A stretch of 63,382 bases of DNA, the filler included, from Collodictyon triciliatum (taxonomy: Eukaryota): the NCBI GenBank assembly GCA_043381765.1. It is 6 parts of 6 records of this genome, joined end to end, with 100 filler letters (N's around TTAATTAATTAA, not from the genome) between each part and the next. Parts side by side here need not be neighbours in the genome. Positions count along the whole stretch, not along the records: positions 27,374 to 40,964 come from JBHJMP010001962.1; positions 41,065 to 54,639 come from JBHJMP010001963.1; 4 more parts are not named here. One strand, 5' to 3'. Positions within the stretch are counted from its first letter, which is position 1; every line of letters starts with the position of its first letter. Below the pieces are notes generated by a model, which was not told the DNA's origin, ran no database searches, and saw nothing but the letters and a program-made list of their open reading frames with translations. A program made the translations under genes and the position numbers. Below, piece by piece: positions 38,833 through 53,600 of this stretch.

Positions 38833-40962
38833 ATGCACCAGGCTTCGTACGGAATGCCGCGGAACACATCACTTCTTACAAACGGCCTTCGCTCTCCCTC
38901 CCCAAAGCCGACCTCGCCCACTCCAGGATCGCTTCCAAACACTGTCTCTCGGCCGCATTCTGCAAGCAGTGTTTTGTCTGGATCGGTACCTTTACACGGG
39001 CAGAATATGCATTTTGGCTCCGCTCAGTCCAAAGTGTGGCATCCACCCGCTTCCATCGCTTCGAATAGTCTCTCTCATTCACAGTCCAGTGGCTCTGTAG
39101 CATCGCTTCCACCTCGCCCGAATTCGTCTGGTCCGGTACGATTAGCTTCATGATTTTGTACATTATGATGCCTCCGTTCTTATGTCACTTGATGTTTCAT
39201 CTTAATTAGAGTAGCGTAATTCTCTTTACTTCATTTTTGTTTGTGTCTTAGTACAAGCAGCATAACTACTTTTTCTACGCCCTCTTTTGAGCGAATGTCT
39301 TTATTAAAAAATAACGTTTAATTGTTAAAAAAAAACATAACATATCAAGACTCGCAGACAGCAATCGCCCAACACAACGTCATCTCTGTGGACTTCTGCA
39401 ACTTTATTTTTAGATGACGATGGAATGGATGAGCATCCAGTCGTTCATGTCCCGAATATTTCTTTATCGCGTTAGTCACATAATTCGCTTACCAGAATGA
39501 TTGAATAATTACACAATATTACCTTATCTGTCCCAATTTTTCTTCAATTTTGAGACGTGTACATTCTATGCTATCTGCTTCATAAAACATAAACCGAGTG
39601 TCCGTGAATTAAAAAAAATCTTATAAAAATCAAAGACTCCAGGAAAAAGGGCCATGAGAGTCCTTTGATTGGCTCTCGTTCAAGCCCTATGCTAAAGTCT
39701 ACAGGTTTGAAACATCGAATTTAATCTCCGATCATTCCCCGCTATAACTGAAGAATTACTGATCCCAATCCAAACTCGATGTTATACACCAGAATATATC
39801 TTAGATTATCGGTCAGGCTCCCCAAACCAGTCTGGGTTTGACCTAAACTCAGACCCACTGAACAGCTCGAATATGTTTCGTGCGCACTCCATTAAAAAGT
39901 CCAATAGATCCATAACTTCACCACCAAAACAAGTGGATAATCCGATGACAGCAAAAAATAATTATCCTAAATCAGTTCGCAAGTATTTTTTTTTATCATG
40001 CCTAGTGAGCTGGATGCTTGAAAATGAAATTCACCTACGGTCACTTACAATTTTTCAATTTAAATAAAATGAATATTAAACGCATTTTAAAGGAAAAATA
40101 CAGAACCGATTTTCCAGAATGCAAAATCTCTTCATGGTATGTTTTAGAATTAAGTAGATTTATTATTGAAAAGACAAACGAATTCTGCATCAAGTATAGA
40201 CATCATGTGTGTAAAAAAACTAACATTACATACAGCCAAATTGCTATGCACATCATCGACATATATAATTTTCTATTAAAAGGTAGAGATATCGACTTCA
40301 CTAGAGTTCAGGAACGTGATATCAAAAAGGCAGCATCACATGAGGTAGAAAATCATTCCATTTCACTTATTCTAAATTTAAGCTCACGAATTACAATGAA
40401 GTTAATCAAAATTTTGAGTTTATGTCGCTAAATAAAGCTACGTTTATCTGACTTGCCAAAGGAGATTGAAAGTATTATAAAATTAATTTAACTGATTGAT
40501 TCCAGGCAGCTAGCCCCAAAAGCATAATTGATGATATAATGAAGGAGGACACAAGTCTTTTTGATGAAGATTTTGTTGATAATTTGGAAAAATTCAGCGC
40601 TCCTATGAGAAAAGCTGTGATTATGGAGCTCCTTGGTCAATTGAGACATCGAAACTCATTGCTTAGCACAATCAAATCTATCAACGCAGAGCTGAATCAT
40701 GAGGTTGGATATTTGCTTTTCTTCCACTCATTCATATTCTACCTTTTTATTCACCTGTACACATGGAGCAAAGGAAAGGAAAATGAGAACAATTTATATA
40801 TATATATATCAATATGTTTTCTTTCTGTATTGACATTGAACTCATAATTATCGCTATTAGACAGCCATGAGGCGTGTTGTGAACGAGGCGTGTGATTTTC
40901 TCAATGCAGACAGGGCGTGCCTATTTTGGATTGACGAAAAGCGACAACAAATAGTCAGCAAG
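38833..40962 (+). CDS. GAF-domain signalling protein with a Ser/Pro-rich N-terminus; 3' partial
   Basis: The last exons encode LLSTIKSINAELNHE|TAMRRVVNEACDFLNADRACLFWIDEKRQQIVSK, a typical GAF N-terminal half. Truncated at the linker. Confidence 0.7.
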
Positions 40963-40964
40963 GT

Positions 40965-41064
40965 NNNNNNNNNNNNNNNNNNNNNNNNNNNNNNNNNNNN
41001 NNNNNNNNTTAATTAATTAANNNNNNNNNNNNNNNNNNNNNNNNNNNNNNNNNNNNNNNNNNNN
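40965..41064. other. Artificial contig-join linker
   Basis: N44-TTAATTAATTAA-N44. Unrelated partial genes lie on either side. Confidence 0.97.
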
Positions 41065-41279
41065 TTTTTTTTTTTTTTTCTTTTTTTCTTTTTTTCTTTT
41101 TTTCTTTTTTTCTTTTTTTCTTTTTTTCTTTTTTTCTTTTTTTCTTTTTTTCTTTTTTTCTTTCTTTGATAATACCCAAACATCGCTTTGGATGCACATC
41201 GAAAGGATTATTCGCTTTTTTATGTCATCTATTGTGTGATAAAAAAAAACATGCATAATTGATTTGGTTGAATTCACAG

Positions 41280-41632
41280 GAAACATACACCTCAATATAA
41301 GCTCGCCTCCAGAATTTCCCACTTTTCATGATGACATCAATGACTTCGTATATGGATGGACTGGTATGTAGAGGGCAAATATCCTTGGGTGGTTCTATGA
41401 TGATGTTTTTATGCAATAAGCTGTTTGTGTACTCCCGATTCAAAGCATTCGATAAAAACCCACAGTAGGCGTCAAAGGCAGCACAAGCGCCGAACACGGA
41501 ATCGGCCGAATAAAAACGAAGCACGTATCCAAACTCCGCTGCGGAGCATCCGTCTCGCTAATGAAAGCATTCAAGAACTCGCTCGACCCGAACGGCATTC
41601 TCAATCCCTACAAAGTGATTCCTCTAGAATGA
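41280..41632 (+). CDS. D2HGDH: 3' end of an FAD-linked oxidase, D-2-hydroxyglutarate dehydrogenase-like; 5' partial
   Basis: Two exons encode GNIHLNI...FVYGWT|GVKGSTSAEHGIGRIK...LMKAFKNSLDPNGILNPYKVIPLE*. The SAEHGIG and DPxGILNPYK signatures are present. Confidence 0.8.
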
Positions 41633-42462
41633 ACACCACCCCGCAGTGCGAAGTACTCTGCATCTCACTCTTCGCGCTCGTGTTTTCCGTTCTGGCCACC
41701 GATTGAAATTTCTGAGTTGAACCATTTGGATTTATCAGGCCGGAAATCGCTGTTTCGCTATAAAATCCAGAAATGTGTTTAGTAAATTGAGCAGGAGAAT
41801 TCTCTCTGTAGTACTTGCATCGCGAAAACAAGCAGGGCACCGTAGTATTTTGCGCACATTCCTCGATTAGGCCATCAAGATCTTTCGACGGTCGATTGGA
41901 TTCTGATTTGGTGTCTGTTTTTTGTTTTCATTTTTGATTTGATTCGATTCCCTGCGACAAACGCGATTATAAAAAAAACTTCTATTTTTGAATTTCCTTA
42001 TTCAATTCAGTCTTTTTTCGGTTTTTTTTTTTTTGCTTTTGTGTTGGATTGTATTGTATTAAAACTCGAGCAACGCCCGGGATCGGTTGAAGACACACGG
42101 CATTCTCTCCGTGTATTGTCTGGGGCAGTTTTGTCTGTCAATCCTGCGAGTCGCCGGCCTCTTTTTTTTTTTCTCTTTCTTTCCTTTCCTCCTTTTTTTT
42201 TTCTTCGAGGCCCTTAAATGCTGCCACACAGCTCAAGGTGTGCGTGGCTTCGCGCTACAAACACGCACGATCAACCCTTTGCCCCACAAGGCTCACTTCC
42301 TTGCAAACAAACGGAGCCTCTTTTCTTGTGATAGCCGCCATTGCCCGCCTTATTGGCGAGTCAGCCTAACCGGAACATTAGAATTGGTGCGCTTTTCGCG
42401 CAGACTTTCTTTCTCGTCTCACCGGCGCAGTAAATTGCAGGGCAAGGACATAAGTGCGGCAC

Positions 42463-44040
42463 ATGTCTTTTGTTGAGATGGAGAATGGAAGATATCCCGC
42501 TGCAGACACAGATGGGTATGCTCTCCCCACCAGCAAAGATACATTTGTAGCGCACATGCCTGGCGTGCAGCCTTGGCGGATCCGCCTCAGTCAAGACAAT
42601 GCCCGCAACTGGGAGCGTGTAAGTTTTTCTCTGTCGCATCTTATTTTCACAACCCGCACAGTATATCCCAATTTATCTACTCTTATCTGTCTGTTCGGTT
42701 GGCTCACACAGACACGACGTTCATGGTATCAGACCCCACTCATCACATCGCTGTATCACCAGGTCTTGGAATTTTCTAATGAATTTTCGAGTTACTTGCA
42801 CAAAATCAGAGAGGCTCGGCTGTCCAAGGCCGACCAGATAAAAGCATACATGAGCTTTATCGAGTTTATGTCGTCTATATCCTTTGCAATACAGTACCTC
42901 CACACACGGCCAACAGAGGATTTTTATCCACATCTGAGCAGAGAAAACCAGAGCCATGAGTCAGGCGATAGAGAGGTTTCTAGTATTTTTAGATAAAATA
43001 AACGTGAAGCGGTCGGATTCTGTCTTCTTTTCTTCTTTTTCTCTTTACTATTTTCTCTTTTCTCTTTCTTTTCCCTGATTTTTTTGTCTGGTGTATATGC
43101 GTGATTACCGTATTAAGCTAGTTCATAGTCAGGGACACTATCCATGGATGCACTGATCGTTGGTAGTTCTTTTGATTGCAACACCCAGTCAAAATACTGC
43201 GACTTGGGTGAAAAAAAAGCTCTTGGAAGTATCAATTCTATACAAGGGCCTCCTTTAAACATATACCATGGACCATACTCGCAATACCCAGATGTCAATA
43301 CTACATTGCAAAAATTCAAACCACGGTCAGCAAAAGTAAAGAGCCGATTGTTTCAAAAGTTTCTCCTATTGGAAGACAAAAAAAAATAATTATGATAGCA
43401 TTAAATATGCAACTGTACTGTTATATATTTTTTCAATTCTTTACATTAGATTTTTTTTTAAAAAAAATCTAGAGAAAACCAAGACCTTATGAAGATCGCC
43501 AGCTCGTGTGTCATTATTGTGGAGCAACAGAGACACCCGAATGGCGGAAGGGCCCTGATGGATTGAGAACGTAAATTTTCATCAGTTTTTAACAAAGCCT
43601 TTGCGGGACCTGATGTGTGCCTATATATCGCTTATATTTTTTTTTTTAAAAAAATCTCATTCTGTGACGAAGTCCTTCTTTTATCTTCCTTTGAGAAATA
43701 TGTGCTGTTTATATATAACTATATAATGCCTGAAAAAATGCGCTCATCTCCTCCATCTTGGCTGCACTGAAGGCTCTGTAATGCTTGTGGATTGCAATAC
43801 GCGAAGAGGCACAAGAAACCGAACGAAACGCAACCCTCTGTTGAACCGCCCGTGAATGGCCCAACCGAAAAGATAGCTGTGAAAAACCCAAAAGAATCAA
43901 CTCCACAATTAAGCCAGAAAAGACCACGGGGAAGGCCGAGGAAGGATCTGGCATCCCACTTCACGAAAGTCCAAGCGGAAGTCACGGTTTATGAGCATAT
44001 ATCTATCTACACGTTTCCTAACGCCCCGAATCCATCGTAG
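42463..44040 (+). CDS. GATA zinc-finger transcription factor with a C-terminal AT-hook
   Basis: Spliced CHYCGATETPEWRKGPDGLRT|LCNACGLQYAKR (C-x2-C-x18-C-x2-C), followed by KRPRGRPRK at ~43918-43944. Stop at 44040. Confidence 0.85.
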
Positions 44041-44683
44041 TGGCCAAACGCGGCTCAAAATAAACAAGTAGGGGCTCCGGTCGTCTGTGAAAAAGGGTTA
44101 AATTACAGGCGTTGTTGCTTCTGCGTGACACACGGAAAAAAGAAATCAAAGGAATCACAAGACATCACAGAAATCACAGAAATCACAAGACATGCAAAGA
44201 GATTCCTGATGTGGATATGGAGTCTTCATAGATTCATTGAATACTCATATTTGTGGAAAATACAACGGAAGCTGCACATACCTGGATGAATTCCGTGTAA
44301 ATGATTCAAAGACACAAGTCTTTGAACAAAGGCGATCAAAAAAATGATGGCAAAGACTCTTCACATCAAATCCAAAAAACTCGTTGAGATCCAAACCGCA
44401 GCCCGAACAACACACCCACCCCTGCGAAACAAAAACCGTCTGGTTCAGAGATCGCTGTTGTGGGGGTCTGAAAAGCAACGGCAACGCGTAGTCGGGATTT
44501 CCTTCCGCCCAAAGCCACTTTGCCAGCAGACAGAATCAGACTTGCCATGTTATCTCTTCAACCAAACAAAAAACAAAAAAACAAAAAACAAAAAACAAAA
44601 AACAAAAAACAAAAAACAAAAAAACAAAGACAAAAACAAAAAAAAAAAGTATTTTGCTGCTTTGTCGCCCTTCCATTGAGCAG

Positions 44684-47600
44684 CTTCTGCCGTTCACTCA
44701 GCCTGCACAACGTCTGCTTCGCCAGATCCTCCCGATCCGCTCCCGTCTGACCCAAAGAACGCGCTACGAGACGCGAATCACGCGATACCCGGCACATCAA
44801 GGACAGACCGGAGAAAGGCTAGCGCAGATTTTGAGAGCCCAGCATGGACCCGGGTGAGCAGGAGGTCTCATGCTTTTCGAAATGGACATCCCTGGAGACG
44901 TGGAAGTCAAAGCCAGAAGAGTTCGTCCTGATCCACCGACTTATTGCCCATTCATCAGTCTTTTCTGTGTCTGTATGAACGTGTATCGCATCCTAAACTG
45001 TTGTTCCTGACCGCAGATGGATAATTCACATCGCCACACTGATGCATCCTTCGTCGAAGCTCCGCCTCGTCTGGGAAATCATTATTTTCTTCTCCACTGT
45101 AAGTCTTCTGCTCGATGCGCATGTGCGGTAGAATTAAATATTGAGTTCATGTCCCTACTTCATCATTGGTCAAATGTTCCATGCAATTTCATCCACACCT
45201 GAAAATTCCATTCACTGATTTGTTACTCGTAAAGATATATACAGTTATTATAGTACCTTTTCGAGCAGCTTTTGGCATGACAAGCTTTGGTGATTTTTAT
45301 TTTATTTTATTGTAGGAGTTATTATTGCGATCAGTTTTCTCCATGGATACACATATATTATGGCATTCAAAACTACTTTTTAATTCCTTTCTCATAACCT
45401 CAGTTCGACAGCTCCTATTTATGGATTATCTCATCGACTTTCTATTTTGGCTCGAGATATTGCTCAATTTTTATTCTGCACAGTCTTTTGACGAAGTATG
45501 AAATGACCATACAAACAAAATAATTCACTTGTCAGCTTCGTTGGGATTTCCGTACCAGTCTTGAATTATTCTCTCTTGTTTTAGGCCATCAAATATGACC
45601 CCAAGGTCATCGCAAAGAGGTATGTGTCCACAAGGTTTCCATTGGATTTAGTATCTCAGCTGCCATACGATTTCTTTGCTTTTGCATTTGGATACGAGTC
45701 TCTTGCATATCTTCGACTGCCTCGGCTTTTGCGCGTAATTTCACGCGCTCATTGCACTGAAACCATCTATTCAAGATAGACATTGTATCAAATATTATCG
45801 TTCTCATTCATTAGACGATGTGTTACATTCAGCATTTTTATTTTAGCCTGTTCACTTCCCTTAGCTCCGATTTCCTCCTTATAGTTTACCAAACTTTCTG
45901 CGTATGTCGAGAAATGGGAGATGGAATGGAAATCGATAGGAAGTTATTTTCGAATAGTGCTCATATTTAACATGCTTGTTCTGGTGTCCCATTGGATTGC
46001 ATGCATTTGGTGGATAGTGGGTTACTACGGGCCCGTATGTTTTCTATCACACTTAATATACTCTTCTATTTTGCACAGCATCTTACAATCCATTCACAAC
46101 TTCCATCGACAGATGCCCAGTTGGGCGGCAAAGTATGAGCTGGTCGACGCATCCATAACAAGCCAATACACTGGTTCCCTCTATTGGAGTATCGTTGTTT
46201 TGACGACTGTTGGATACGGAGATATCCTTGCTCAGAGCGACCTTGAGAAGTTTATTGCTATTCTAACCATGTTGACCGGCGCTTTCTTTTACGGTAAATT
46301 TCTTTCACATTCTTGAAACGCTCCAACATGTATTTATTTATGCATTTATGTATGTATCAATTTATTCATATATGTATTCCTATGCTTATTTAAACATATG
46401 ACGAGATTAAATGAAATCGTTACTGCTAATTTTTGTTTTATTTTGCATATCAGGTCTCTTGTTTGGTAACATTGCCTCTGCTCTTTCCATATTGGATGCA
46501 GCCAGTTCTCGCCTTCTTCAGAAAGCATCCAAGCTGCATCGGTACATGGCGTATCACAAGTTACCCGAGGATCTGAAGGGAAGAATCCAAAAGTATTTTG
46601 ATATTATGTGGGCCAAAGAGCGAGTGGGTCTTTCATTTCTGTGTAAAATAAAAACAGCTTTTTCATTATTCACCTGATGAGCTCCAAATAACCAAATGTA
46701 CAAATGTCTTTCAGAAACTCCTCCCAAACGATGCATGCATTTTATAGGGAATCGACGAAGCCGATATTATGCATGATTTACCAACTGCCCTTCGGTCTGA
46801 GGTGGCGGTCTACATCAACCGCGACCTGGTCAACAAGGTTTTTCTGACGTCATGAATGAAATAAAGTGAAATAATGGTTTCTCCAGTTACCTTGTTATAA
46901 TTTCCTTTTTTTATTCGATGCAACATATACCATTTGCAAACAAACTAGGTGTCTTTTTTTCGAGCCACTCGAGACCCTGGATTTGTGAATTCTCTCATCT
47001 TAAATTTAAAGCCCCAAGTTGCTCTGCCCGGAGAAGTGATTGTTCGGGAGGCAAGACTTTGGATTGCATGCTATACTAATATTTATATTTTTATCGTTGA
47101 TTTTTGTATTTTTCTGCTTATTTTATCAAAATATTAAACTACCAGGTGTTTTTTTTCTTCTTGTTTCGATCATGTACATTTGTGAAAAATGCAAATGAAA
47201 TAATATAAATACTATCAATGCAGGGAGACCTACCCAATGAAATGTTTTTTATCAGCAGAGGGACGGTAGAAATTACACAAAACGGAAAGATATTGAGCGT
47301 TTTAAGAGATGGGTCTTATTTTGGAGAAGTATCGCTCATATTCCAGGTTCAGACAAAAAAATTTTTTGTTAACGCTCGGAATCGTTAGTTCCCATCTCCT
47401 TTTATTTATTTGCTTATCCATCCCTTCAATAAAAGTAGTTTACTCATTCTGTGACACATGTAATACAGGAGCGAAGGACAGCCACTGTGACTGCGGTTGA
47501 ATATTGCGAGATGCTTCTGCTGACAAAAAAAGATTTTGACAATTCCGTACGGTATTTTCCAGAGTTCGCCAAGGTCATCAAAGATATTGCCAGGGTAAAG

Positions 47601-50600
47601 ATATCCCAAACGCCTGATTGTTCTTCTATTTTGATTTATTTTACGTATTGTCTTGCAATCTTGTAATAGCCTGGTGATAGAGAAGGTGAAAAATCATGTC
47701 CCTTCTATCTCCCTCTTTCTGCACGGCCATAACTCTTTGAATTACCTCTTAATAAACAGGAACGAAGAGACCTCAACACTTTTCACTCTGATTCGGATCT
47801 AGTTGATTCATATGTCAAACGCTCTCGCGAAATGTTGTCAAGAAAAAGTTAGAATCTCAACAATTATATACATAAATTATCGTGTAATTTACAATTGACA
47901 CTATTTCTTTTTTTCTTTTCTTTGTTTCCTCTCCATTACTTATTGGAAACTCAGCCTCCGCTAGTGACGAGAAAGGCGGAAAGTATTCTTTTACAATTTA
48001 TTAATATTCCATCAATCATGGAGAATATTGTTGTCTCCCCTGATGTCTGAAAAATTGAAGGCATGTGCGATATACTGTCTAAATTTTTCTTCTGGCATCC
48101 AGTCGTCTGCTATCTGTTATTCAATTGTACCGTGAACAACGGAAACGGAGTATGGCGATTGCTCAGAACCTCCGTGGTGTTGGCTCTCGGAAAAGTTAGT
48201 CATTTACAGACTTGTGCATTTTTTTCTTTTTTCTTTTTTCTTTTTTCTTTTTTCTTTTTTCTTTTTTCTTTTTTCTTTTTTCTTTTTTCTTTTTTCTTTT
48301 TTTATTTATTTTTCATGTGTGGTAAAACAAACATGACTTGAGGTTTTGAAAAACAACCCGTGCGGATAATATTAAATTTTATCTAAATCCATAAAGGAAT
48401 TTTTTTTATCTTAATCCAAATTTAACTATTCGTAGAAAACCAGCCTTTTATTGACGAAAGTTCGATGAACGATGACCCCATTGATGACCACGCTAGTCGA
48501 AGGTTTATATATATTCTTGTTCGACGTGGAATATACTAGAAACTGATTTCAAATTTTACTGGGGCATTGATTTTTGGGTGCTGGTTCGGAGCACATGTAG
48601 GCAATATCGATTTTTTTATAAAAAAAAAAGTTCTAATTGCGTATGTATTATCCAATATATTCGTATATAGACGCTCAAGGTTTGGAAGCCTTACGGACAA
48701 CTCCCTTTTTGCGCCAAGGAAATCCAAAGCCACTGTAGTCCCAAAACCTAAAGTGGAGGTCACCGTGACAAACACACCGAATGAGAACATTCCCCCACAT
48801 GATTCTTCGTGAGTATACACCTTCTTTATTGCATACACATATATTTTCTTCTTTTCAGAATCTTGATTTCAATAACCAGCCTTGAGTGTGCCGAGTATAC
48901 TCTTATTCAACACTCCTCTTTGACAGTCCCAGGAAACATATCAACCAACTGCTGCCAGCAAAAGGCTCATCCAGAGTCCTTTCCTTGTCAAACTCTATCA
49001 GAAACCCATCTCCCAATCCATCTGCGAGGAACTCCCCCAACCCGTCAGCCCGAAACTCACCAGAGCCGGATGCATCCAAACAGGAAAGTAGCGAACAAGT
49101 TGTGGGAGGAAATAGTGTTCCCTCTGGAGAAAATCGACAATCTGGTCATTTAGATGGAGTCCTTAAGAGCGGTGATAAAGTATTATCAAAAGCCACCCTC
49201 GAAATGCAAGGTGAAGTCTCAGAAAAATCTGCAATACCTACTACTCATGAAAAAATCCAAGATGCAAGTATGTGAATTTTTCAACTTTTATTTTAATCAA
49301 TTAATTATTTATTTAGTTTATATTTTATTATTATTGAGTTTTTCTTCATTGAATGGAATTGATTGCGTCCTTTATTGTTCCTTTTGTCGTATTATTACCT
49401 ATATAATACGACTTTTTTTTTATAAAAAAAAAATTAATAATACTGGAATGTAGACATGCATCGTTCTTATTGTATCTCATTCTAGCTGGGCCACAACCTA
49501 TGACACCCTCTACCTCGTCGAATGCACCTTCGGGAATGATGCGTCGCAATCGCCCAAAAAACATATCGCCTCTTCAGAGCGTTAACAAGCCAGCAGGCAA
49601 AGTGCCAACCAAGGTTCAAGACAAGGAGCCAAAGACGAGCAACACTGAGCCTGTGACCGAAGCAAAATCAGACGTCCCATCGCTGACTAATAATCCTGAA
49701 GATGACACACTCAAGGAGAGCACAACCAGCATTGAGAAATCAGAGCATCTGAAGCCACCAGTGGTGCTTCCGACCATCCCGCAATCTCCGTCTTCTTCTG
49801 CTATCAATTCTAGCCATTCATCGACCGATGCCTTCCCAGCAAAGGCAGACCCATCTCCCACACCCACCCCAGAAACTCCGACATCCACCACACCTCAGAA
49901 GTCTCCCTCAAGCAAGAAGGAGCACGAGAAGCTGAGCGAAGCTGAAATCAAAAAGAACCAATTCTTTGCACGCTACGGTCTTAAGAGAAGCGCCACAGTT
50001 GAAACTTCCATCGACGAGGTATTTTTACTTCTTTTTTTTTTTCATGCATCAGGTGGTCAGCACCCAAACAAAATCATGATTCCTCAACTACACCCCTTTG
50101 TGCTTTCGTCGTGGATTTCGGTTGATACCCTGAATTATAAACATGTTTTGTAGATGTATTCGGATAAATCACGCAAGAAATTGGTTCTCAAGGACCTGGA
50201 GCCGAGTAAATCAAAAAAGACTGGGAAAGTTGAGGGTAAAGCCGTGTATTTGTCTTTGTCTTACTTTTTTGTTTTCTATCTGGGTGTCACACCCATCTAA
50301 TACAAAAACTTGTAATATTTGTGGACAGTTCGATCAAATTCCCTCAATCTACTGGCTGCTTATGGCTCTGCTTTCATTCCCATGGGTGCTGGTGTTCGTG
50401 CTTTGCCTCTACCAGAGCCTTCTGTAATTCCAAGCGAGTCGAGAGAAAGGCGATGGCTTACGAACGCAGTGTTTATGGTTGGTGGCTCGCATTTCGTCAA
50501 CAATCCACAAATAATTATTTGCTTTTCAGCTCATGTTTCTTTCTTCAATCACAGGGCATCGTTTTTAATCTCTGGGTAATTCCCCTTCGAGTGGGATTTC

Positions 50601-53600
50601 CAGAGGACATTCGGGGAATTTTTTTTGTTGTGGATTACATTTGCGATGTGTTCTTTATCCTGGATATTATATGCAATTTTTACACTACAATACCAAGCAG
50701 AGATGGCTCAGAGTAATTCCTGAAAAAATTGAAACATCAAACAATCGCTCCTTCCATCCTCCTATATATATATTTCTTGTTGATATTGATGTTTATTATA
50801 AATAAACCGAGGCAAATAGCTAAAATACCTCGGTCTTTTCTTTTAAATAATAATCTGCAGAGTTATCAATCCCTTCGTAATTCGCAGCCGATATATGAAG
50901 ACGTGGTTTTGGTGGGATATTACGGCAAGCTTTCCCCTCGACCTCCTGGCATTTAAATATGGTTTTCAAGCTCTGCGATACTTGAGACTCCCTCGATTGA
51001 TTCGAGTCGGTAGACTAATGAGCTATGCAAACAAACTGGAACAGAAACTTCAGCTCAATCCTTCTTTATTTCGAATCATGAAGCTCTTTGCCATGTTCCT
51101 TACATATGCTCACATCATGGCGTGCTTGGCACACATCGTTCATGGAATCTATGACAGTAATACAGGAGAGTATCTATATGAAATGGGTAAGACTAGAAAT
51201 ATTTTGCTTCCTTTTTCTGTAAACCTCAAAAATATGCCCTATTGTATTAATTAGCTGTTGATATTAATTCTTTTTTTTTATAGGTGCAATAATTTCATAC
51301 CCTTTATGTTTTCTTAAACCGATACAAATAAATAACCAAACGATACAACCAAACTATAGAAAATCGTCAGCTTTACTCAAAATACTTGAGATGCCTGTAC
51401 TTTGCAACAACTACAATATGCACTGTCGGATTTGGAGATATCGTTGCGAAAAATGACACATCCAGACAATTCATGATCATCAGTAAGTAGTTGTCTCTGT
51501 TTCACATGGAATGTACGAAATAAACCTGATATGTTCACACAGATTCATATCTTTTTGGTTAGTGATGCTGTTTGGCTCGGCCATGTATTCAACCGTGTTT
51601 GGAAGTATGGTTACCTTAGTTTCGTCGATCAACGGCGAAATCAATGCAAACAAGTAAAAACATAGTTGGGCAAATAATAATAATGATAATGAAAGTTGTA
51701 ATATAACCTTTATTACGATAGCATCTATGGTAACTGACAATTCTGAAACCATATACCGAAATGAATATACAACAGAAAATTATTATGGCAATTTTGTCAT
51801 CGACTGTTCTTTGAAAATAGGCAAAAGCTGATGACTATGGAAGAGTACATGAACCTCAGAGATTTGCCCCCTGATATTCGCCAGCGCATCCGCAATTATT
51901 TTGATATCATCTGGAATCGACACAAGGTGTGTCTGTCTACTTCAAGTTTAAATCAAGAAAATTACAAAATAAAAATAAAAACATGTTTAGTCACTGGAGA
52001 AATCCAAAAACTTTAATTTAATGAGTGCATATACAGTGACATGAATTTGCATGCATTCACACCGGTTTGTAGGGACTTAATGAAACCGAGATTTTGGACC
52101 AACTGCCCCATAACTTGCGTTCAGAAGTGGCCCTATTTCTATATAAAGACACGCTTTTGAAGGTCGATCCATCATTACAATTATTTTCCGCAATTTTTAT
52201 TATAAAAAATAAAGCAAGCAAAATCATATGGAAAAATCATGCATTCAGTAGTTGATTTATGAATTGTCTAATTTTTCAGAGACAGATTGATATTCGTTTA
52301 TATGCAATACTAATCTGTTCAACTATTCCAACCATAAGCGGTTCAAGTAACTTTCCTTCATCTCTTATCAGGTGAACATTTTCCAAGGCCTTAATAACAT
52401 CAGTTTTATCAATTCCATCGTTTTGATGCTGCGGCCCCAAATGGCCTTACCTGGGGAGTACATCATTCGGCAAGGTGAAATCGGTCAGGAGATGTATTTT
52501 ATTGTGAGTGGGGAAGTCCAAATCACTGCTAACAGCAAGTTGATTACAAGGTATTGATCTTTTCGTTTTAGTTTAATTTATATGTAGTTGGCTTTTTAAT
52601 CCAAGATATATTTCTTTGGCACAAAAAGAGAGAAAAAATCCAATTTTTCGCAACCTTGGAATTTTATTATATTTTACCTATGCAGAAATATTTATTTATG
52701 TTTTTTTTTCAAAAGTCTCTCGTCTGGTGCTTATTTTGGAGAGATCAGCTTGATTTTCTCACAAAAGCGCAGCGCCTCTGCAATAGCCGCTGAATACTGC
52801 GAACTACTCATGCTTCGAAAAGTAAGGCATATGTATGATGATCAAAAGAGCTTATTTATCCGTTTATCTTTAATCTCCATAAGCTTACTTCGTTTCAATT
52901 TAAAAATTAAAAAAAATCCAGAAAGATTTGGATGAAGTGTTGGAAGTGTTCCCAGAATACTCTGCCATGATGAAACACATCGCTCAAGACCGCATGAAGT
53001 ATTTAAATATTCATCTTTTTATTTTTCATTTTTTGTTTTGTTTTGTTTTGTTTTGTTTTCTCTTTTGTAATCTGGGCTATGTGAAGCACAAGTGATACCA
53101 TTCGAAAATCTTTATATCACGTGTTTTTATTATATTTTTATATCGTGTATTTCCTACAAACCCAGGCAAAATACATACCACTCGGATGGAAATATTGTCA
53201 TGTCGCACATGAAAAACCAAGGAAAACTTTGGGACAGAATTCGCAAAGGAGTCAAGAATCCTGACCTCAATGAAAGGTACTAACCAAGCTCAAAAGCGAT
53301 AATGTTTTCAATTTTTGCGATTACAAGACTTTTGATACATTCGTGCATATTTGTAATTTCAACTGATTGGTTAAATTCGTCCAATGTCGCTGTTTTTTTT
53401 NNNNNNNNNNNNNNNNNNNNNNNNNNNNNNNNNNNNNNNNNNNNNNNNNNNNNNNNNNNNNNNNNNNNNNNNNNNNNNNNNNNNNNNNNNNNNNNNNNNN
53501 NNNNNNNNNNNNNNNNNNNNNNNNNNNNNNNNNNNNNNNNNNNNNNNNNNNNNNNNNNNNNNNNNNNNNNNNNNNNNNNNNNNNNNNNNNNNNNNNNNNN

